Assembly: GCA_017656255.1 (NCBI GenBank) | Contig: JACDOE010000003.1 | Location: forward strand, 457-64,456 | DNA from: Bacillaceae bacterium | GTDB lineage: Bacteria; Bacillota; Bacilli; JACDOE01 | Reading direction: 5' to 3' | DNA length: 64,000 bases | Shown here: piece by piece, positions 59,101 through 64,000 of the stretch | How positions within the stretch are numbered: the first letter of the stretch is position 1 | Layout of the letters: each line of letters starts with the position of its first letter | Notes under the pieces: model-generated | What the model saw: the letters and a program-made list of their open reading frames with translations, nothing else | Told to the model about the DNA's origin: nothing | Database searches by the model: none | Program-made: the position numbers and the translations under genes

Positions 59101-60084
59101 ATGATCCATTATGTTGTTCGGCATTTTCGTCCGGTTTTCCTGTTTTTCGTCATCGTTATTCTGACTTTGACCGGTTGCAGCAGCGGTCAACAATCGGCAC
59201 CTACAGCAAATGACCAGGGAGCGGTTTCGTCAGATTATGCTGTAAAAGGGCACGATGAGGCTGTTGAAGAAGGCACAGCCAGTTCTTCCGGCAATACCAA
59301 TGCCGTAACCGGGGTGGGCATCGGATCGCCGCAGGACCGGATGGTCATCTACACAGCCCGGATAACGGCGGAAGTTTTAGATTATGAACAGTCCCGCAAT
59401 CAAATTGAAGAACTCCTCAATCAATACGGCGGTTACATTGTAAACTCCTCTGAATATCAAAATGAACACGAACGGGGCGGAAATTTGACATTCCGCATTC
59501 CGCAGGGTGGGTTTGAGTCGTTCATGGGCAAAGTCAAAGAAATGAGCCTTTCCTTTAACAGTACAACTGACGGGCAGGATGTCACCGAAGAATATGTGGA
59601 TCTTGAGTCCCGCCTCAAAGCAAAACAGGCCGTTGAGTCCCGCCTGCTCGAATTTATGAATCAGGCGGAGAAAGTGGAGGATCTGTTAAAGATTTCGGAA
59701 AATCTGGGACGGGTACAGGAAGAGATTGAGCAGATTAAGGGAAGGATGCAATACCTGGAAAACCACAGTGCCTATTCGACGATCCACATCCAGTTGATTG
59801 AAAAAGAAACGAAGGTGGAAGCACCGGACAGCGGTACCCTTCAATCGGCCTGGTACGCCTTCATCCGTTCCACCGACACGCTCATTTCTTTCTTAACGGG
59901 GGCCTTTGTACTTCTGATCGGAAGCCTTCCTTATCTCATCTTTTTTGCCATCATCGCTCCCATTTTTTGGTTTATCATGCGTAAACTGAAGAGAAAACGT
60001 TATTCCCCTGACCCGTTTGACACAGTAAACAACCGCAAACACATCCGGGATAGCGAATCAGACGATGAGAACAATCCGTCCTGA
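59101..60084 (+). CDS. DUF4349-like lipoprotein with C-terminal TM helices
   Basis: ATG 59101 follows AAAGGGGG. Lipobox LTLTGCSS, a coiled-coil middle, and a C-terminal hydrophobic pair. Confidence 0.65.
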   Translation: MIHYVVRHFRPVFLFFVIVILTLTGCSSGQQSAPTANDQGAVSSDYAVKGHDEAVEEGTASSSGNTNAVTGVGIGSPQDRMVIYTARITAEVLDYEQSRNQIEELLNQYGGYIVNSSEYQNEHERGGNLTFRIPQGGFESFMGKVKEMSLSFNSTTDGQDVTEEYVDLESRLKAKQAVESRLLEFMNQAEKVEDLLKISENLGRVQEEIEQIKGRMQYLENHSAYSTIHIQLIEKETKVEAPDSGTLQSAWYAFIRSTDTLISFLTGAFVLLIGSLPYLIFFAIIAPIFWFIMRKLKRKRYSPDPFDTVNNRKHIRDSESDDENNPS

Positions 60085-60166
60085 CCGACATGTTCTGTTC
60101 TTCAATACAGAAGTAAATATGTTAAAATATGAACGTACATTTTAATCCCATTAGGAGTGAAAACAT

Positions 60167-61135
60167 TTGGATCGAGAACTTGCACTGGAAGTGGTACGGG
60201 TAACGGAAGCGGCCGCACTGGCATCTGCACGGTGGCTGGGACGCGGCAAAAAAAATGAAGCCGACAATGCCGCCACCAGCGCCATGCGTGCCATGTTTGA
60301 CAGTGTTGCCATCAATGGAACCGTCGTGATCGGAGAAGGAGAACTGGACGAAGCTCCCATGCTCTACATTGGAGAAAAACTGGGGAACGCCGATAAACCG
60401 GAAGTGGATGTCGCCGTTGATCCCCTGGAAGGCACAACCATTGTCGCCAAAGGGCATAATAATGCCATGGCCGTTTTAGCCATCGCGGATCGTGGAAACC
60501 TGCTTCACGCCCCGGATATGTATATGGAAAAATTAGTTGTCGGCCCACGGGCAGCGGGAAAAGTACACCTGGATGATCCCCTTGAAAAAGTGATTGAAGT
60601 GGTGGCAGATGCGAATAACAAACGCATATCGGACGTCACGGTCATCATTCAGGAACGGGAAAGACATGAGCATTTGATTGAAGCGGCCCGCAACATGGGC
60701 GCCAGAGTCAAACTGTTCGGCGACGGTGACGTCGGAGCAGCAATCACTGCCGCCATGCCGGAATCCGGTATCGACATTTTTGTTGGGATCGGAGGCGCCC
60801 CCGAAGGGGTGATTTCAGCAGCAGCCGTCAAATGCCTGGGCGGTGACATGCAGGCACGCCTCAAACCTTATACAGACGAAGAACGTGAACGGTGCAAAAA
60901 AATGGGGATCACGGATCTGGATCAAGTGTTAATGCTGGATGATCTGGTAAAAGGGGATGATGCCATCTTCGCTGCCACCGGCGTCTCCGATGGAGAATTA
61001 CTGCGCGGGGTTCGTTTTCTCGCCGATGATGTGGCAGAAACCGATTCCCTAGTCATGAGAAGCAAAACCGGCACCGTTCGTAAAATCAATGCGCGACACA
61101 ACATCCCGAATAAACCGCACCTGGTCATGGAATAA
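60167..61135 (+). CDS. glpX: Class II fructose-1,6-bisphosphatase
   Basis: ..[23 protein letters not shown].., ..VDPLEGTT.. and ..GIGGAPEGV... 322 aa. Confidence 0.95.
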   Translation: MDRELALEVVRVTEAAALASARWLGRGKKNEADNAATSAMRAMFDSVAINGTVVIGEGELDEAPMLYIGEKLGNADKPEVDVAVDPLEGTTIVAKGHNNAMAVLAIADRGNLLHAPDMYMEKLVVGPRAAGKVHLDDPLEKVIEVVADANNKRISDVTVIIQERERHEHLIEAARNMGARVKLFGDGDVGAAITAAMPESGIDIFVGIGGAPEGVISAAAVKCLGGDMQARLKPYTDEERERCKKMGITDLDQVLMLDDLVKGDDAIFAATGVSDGELLRGVRFLADDVAETDSLVMRSKTGTVRKINARHNIPNKPHLVME

Positions 61136-61153
61136 AAGGGGGGAAAGGGTAAC

Positions 61154-61420
61154 TTGGAAGATTTCGACTTTCTTTATAATGATGTGGAAGAAACACGTAC
61201 CCGATACGTGTGCTTTATCGGAAAAACGAACCGGTTCGACCTGGCCATTACAACCACCGATCGTTTTTACGGAAAAAAACTGGTCTTTAACATACAGACA
61301 GGCAGAGCCCAGATTATCGGAACGGATGACCTTGATGAGCCCGGTTATATTGCTTACGCACTGGGCATTTCAGAAGAAGAGGAAGAAGAACTGAAACAAT
61401 TTCTATACACGGTTATCTAA
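61154..61420 (+). CDS. Small conserved protein (DUF3055-like by recollection)
   Basis: 88 aa with ..TRYVCFIGKTNRFDLAITTTDRFYGKKLVFN... TTG start after AAGGGGGG. Confidence 0.45.
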   Translation: MEDFDFLYNDVEETRTRYVCFIGKTNRFDLAITTTDRFYGKKLVFNIQTGRAQIIGTDDLDEPGYIAYALGISEEEEEELKQFLYTVI

Positions 61421-61431
61421 ACCGGCAAATG

Positions 61432-61461
61432 AAAAAAGCAGCGGATCAGCTGCTTTTTTTA
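61432..61461. terminator. Bidirectional terminator
   Basis: AAAAAAGCAGC-ggatca-GCTGCTTTTTTT. The yutD stop lies in the loop. Confidence 0.65.
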
Positions 61462-61769
61462 TTGCGATGCCGATTGTTTTTGACCCTTTTTAATACAAAA
61501 AAGGAACAGCCGAAATTGCAGTATTCCTGGATATATTCATCCAGGGCACCGATTCGGGCATCAAATGGCGCACGGCGGTTGCTGTCCTCATAAAACCCCT
61601 TGAGTCGAAGCTGTCCGTACCCCCAGTCTCCCACAATATAGTCATATTTGTTCAAAATGTCATTGTATCGTTCACGAAAGGATTCCGCATTCCATCCATT
61701 GCGATGATCTTCAATCAATTCGAACGTTTTTCCCTGAATATGAATCATACCTGAACCAACCTCACTCAA
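61446..61769 (-). CDS. yutD: YutD family protein (DUF1027)
   Basis: ..FELIEDHRNGWNAESFRERYNDILNKYDYIVGDWGYGQLRLKGFY... Confidence 0.75.
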   Translation of the reverse strand: MSEVGSGMIHIQGKTFELIEDHRNGWNAESFRERYNDILNKYDYIVGDWGYGQLRLKGFYEDSNRRAPFDARIGALDEYIQEYCNFGCSFFVLKRVKNNRHRNKKSS

Positions 61770-61876
61770 TCAGTTGCTTAGACTTATCACTATTTTACCA
61801 CATTTGACGGGCTGACACACAATATTACCAGGAAAACAAAGTCTTGAGCGGGGAAAGCTATGCTCAGGGAGGTGTC

Positions 61877-62716
61877 ATGATGAAAAAAGTTTTAACATGG
61901 GTAGCTGTCTTCAGTCTTGTTTTAGTTGCGGCAGCCTGTAATAATGCCGCCGCGCCGGATAACACCAATGGCAACGTAACTCCTTACGGAGCCAATAACG
62001 GTCTCTACGACCAGGACAACATGGCGAATAATTACGCCAATCGTTATGGAGTAAACAACCCGACCGGTACCCGATACGGGACTTATACACCGTATGGTAA
62101 CCGTGCCGCTGATTACCCGATCAACCAGTACAACACTGGAAATATGGTCGGTGACAGATATGGCGTGAACAACAATTCCCTGTACAAACCCGATAATGCA
62201 CGCGGAAATCAGGGTCAGGCCAACAGCCAGATCGGTCGTGCCCGGGTTAACGCCAACAATATACAACGGGGAATGGGCATCCGGAATACCGCTATATATG
62301 TTGACCGTAACCTGCTGGCTCAATTGGTCAGTAACGTTGTCGCTTCCACTGCCGGTGCGGGAACCGTAACCACCGTGGTAACGGATGAAGAAATTTTTGT
62401 CGCCATTAACAATAATCGCAACATGATGAACAACAACAATGGCAACCGGGCAAACAACCAGAATCAAAACAACCAGAATCAAAATAACCTTGTCCGTTCA
62501 GCCAAAATGGCGGCAGCCAGTGTAAGCCCGGCTTATTACAAGGTCTATGTCACAACCGATAACCGTCTGTTTACCCGAATCAACCGTCTGGGTAACATGA
62601 ATAATACGGGTCTGAATCAGTTGAATGATGAAATCGATCGCCTCATCAGAGACATGGGTGGAGAAACCGACGATAAGGAAAAAATCGGTAAGACCTATGT
62701 ACCGGATGAACGATAA
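61877..62716 (+). CDS. yutC: YhcN/YlaJ-family sporulation lipoprotein (YutC-like) with Asn-rich low-complexity region
   Basis: ATG 61877 follows GGGAGGTG. Lipobox LVAAAC. C-terminal ..PAYYKVYVTTDNRLF.. pattern. Confidence 0.7.
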   Translation: MMKKVLTWVAVFSLVLVAAACNNAAAPDNTNGNVTPYGANNGLYDQDNMANNYANRYGVNNPTGTRYGTYTPYGNRAADYPINQYNTGNMVGDRYGVNNNSLYKPDNARGNQGQANSQIGRARVNANNIQRGMGIRNTAIYVDRNLLAQLVSNVVASTAGAGTVTTVVTDEEIFVAINNNRNMMNNNNGNRANNQNQNNQNQNNLVRSAKMAAASVSPAYYKVYVTTDNRLFTRINRLGNMNNTGLNQLNDEIDRLIRDMGGETDDKEKIGKTYVPDER

Positions 62717-62726
62717 ACAAGCATGT

Positions 62727-62757
62727 AAAAAACACCCGGCATTCCGGGTGTTTTCTT
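62727..62757. terminator. Bidirectional terminator (yutC / lipA)
   Basis: ACACCCGG-catt-CCGGGTGT plus TTTTC. Confidence 0.65.
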
Positions 62758-63635
62758 TATGCATTCCCGGACATACTTTTATGGGCTGAATTCACCTGTT
62801 CGTGTGCATGGTAGGAACTGCGAACCAGAGGACCGGATTCCACATGTTTGAAACCCCGTTTTAACCCTTCTTCTTTCAGACGATCAAATTCATCCGGGTG
62901 GTAATACTTCTCAATTTTTAAATGTTTTTTCGTCGGTTGCAGGTACTGTCCGATGGTCAGGATGTCACAATCGATGGAACGAAGATCATCCATGGCTTGC
63001 AGGATCTCATCCCATTCTTCCCCAACTCCAACCATAATGCTGGATTTGGTCGGAATATCCGGCTGCATCTCTTTGGCCCGTTTGAGGAGTTCCAGGGACC
63101 GGTCATATTTTGCTTTGGAACGAACCCGATCAGACAGTCGCCGGACCGTTTCGATGTTGTGGTTTAATATATCGGGGCGGGCATCCATGACTGTCTGCAG
63201 CGCTTCCCAATTCCCCTGAAAATCCGGTATCAACACTTCCACACTGCACAGAGGATTTTTACGACGCACAGCTTTGATCGTTTCCGCAAAAATAGTTGCT
63301 CCCCCGTCATTCAAATCATCACGGGCCACGGATGTAATCACCGCATGTTGAAGCCCCATCTGCTCTACCGCATCAGCAACGCGCTCCGGTTCCTGCCAGT
63401 CAAGCTCAGTGGGAAGACCCGTCTTGACCGCACAAAAGCGGCAGGCCCGGGTACAAATATCCCCCAGAATCATAAACGTCGCCGTCCGGTTTGCCCAGCA
63501 TTCGTAGATGTTGGGACATCTCGCTTCCTCACAGACCGTATGAAGGGTTTTATTACGCATCATTTTTTTCAGATCATTGAAATTTTCTCCGGTGACCAGA
63601 CGTATCTTCAACCATTCGGGTTTACGTTCCGCCAT
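62757..63635 (-). CDS. lipA: Lipoyl synthase
   Basis: [13 protein letters not shown] and [10 protein letters not shown], the two [4Fe-4S] motifs. Confidence 0.95.
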   Translation of the reverse strand: MAERKPEWLKIRLVTGENFNDLKKMMRNKTLHTVCEEARCPNIYECWANRTATFMILGDICTRACRFCAVKTGLPTELDWQEPERVADAVEQMGLQHAVITSVARDDLNDGGATIFAETIKAVRRKNPLCSVEVLIPDFQGNWEALQTVMDARPDILNHNIETVRRLSDRVRSKAKYDRSLELLKRAKEMQPDIPTKSSIMVGVGEEWDEILQAMDDLRSIDCDILTIGQYLQPTKKHLKIEKYYHPDEFDRLKEEGLKRGFKHVESGPLVRSSYHAHEQVNSAHKSMSGNA

Positions 63636-63875
63636 TGTATTATCACTCCAATTATCGCTTGCTATTTGATCCTGCCTCTACACATATTGTAATGAATAAT
63701 AAAATAAGTTGCCAGTAGAGATGTGTCTTTATTTAGTAACCCTCACACCTGGTTATCTTATACACGTATTCTCAAATCTTTCCGTTATGAACATAAAAGT
63801 ACTTAAGCATTGGCATATTTTCTGTTCACGTTTTATACTTAACATCAGATGGTTCCTGTAAAAGGAGAGATTGAC

Positions 63876-64000
63876 ATGAAGGAACATACCGCACGGGATA
63901 AGGATCAAAAGCTGGGCCGTATCCTGAATGAGATGGGAAGTGCCCTGATTGCCTTTTCCGGAGGTGTCGACAGTACTTTTTTACTGGCAAGAGCCTATCA
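63876..64000 (+). CDS. PP-loop ATPase, LarE-like sulfur transferase (5' part only)
   Basis: AAAGGAGAG SD. MKEHTARDKDQKLGRILNEMGSALIAFSGGVDSTFLLARAY contains an SGGxDS PP-loop. The frame runs off the right edge. Confidence 0.65.
   Translation, partial: MKEHTARDKDQKLGRILNEMGSALIAFSGGVDSTFLLARAY

Overview
This 64-kb chromosomal window comes from an endospore-forming Bacillales-type Firmicute. Evidence: a gerPA-F operon, a CotS/YutH-like kinase, a Spo0E-like phosphatase and a YhcN/YlaJ lipoprotein. The backbone gene order is yuiH .. yuiE(pepA)-yuiD-yuiC-yuiB .. yuiA-yumB-yumC .. yutM .. yuzB-yutJ-yutI-yutH-yutG .. yutE-yutD-yutC-lipA, which matches my recollection of the B. subtilis yui/yum/yut region. 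Inserted blocks include csoR-copZ-copA, glpK-glpD, an ABC exporter with a NEW3-repeat surface protein, an ECF sigma/anti-sigma pair, pabB-pabC and two tandem futalosine-pathway radical-SAM genes. I saw no rRNA, tRNA, CRISPR array, IS element or prophage. Four things stand out. (1) Bases 1-7446 are a single open minus-strand frame encoding a Sec-signal RHS/YD polymorphic toxin. The ORF track misses it because its stop lies left of the window. It carries two low-complexity insertions, and its 5' leader holds a candidate c-di-GMP-I aptamer plus an intrinsic terminator. (2) A dispersed family of intergenic elements occurs at four loci, in both orientations. Each is an array of 2-5 dyad/hairpin modules (AATAGCGGAAA-N3-7-TTTCCGCTATT) with a conserved internal box. 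(3) The hsp20-yuiH interval is a mosaic. It holds a head-to-tail duplication junction (a yuiH 3' fragment fused to an hsp20 3' fragment) and a third yuiH-tail remnant. These bracket three AT-rich cargo genes (PNP/UDP-family phosphorylase, beta-propeller lipoprotein, NYN nuclease) with no mobility gene. (4) Several small genes and regulatory sites are absent from the ORF track: gerPD, a yuiA-like zinc-ribbon gene, CsoR-type palindromes, and an SD/anti-SD/decoy-SD leader. All calls come from reading and hand-translating the sequence and from remembered family motifs. No database search was run.
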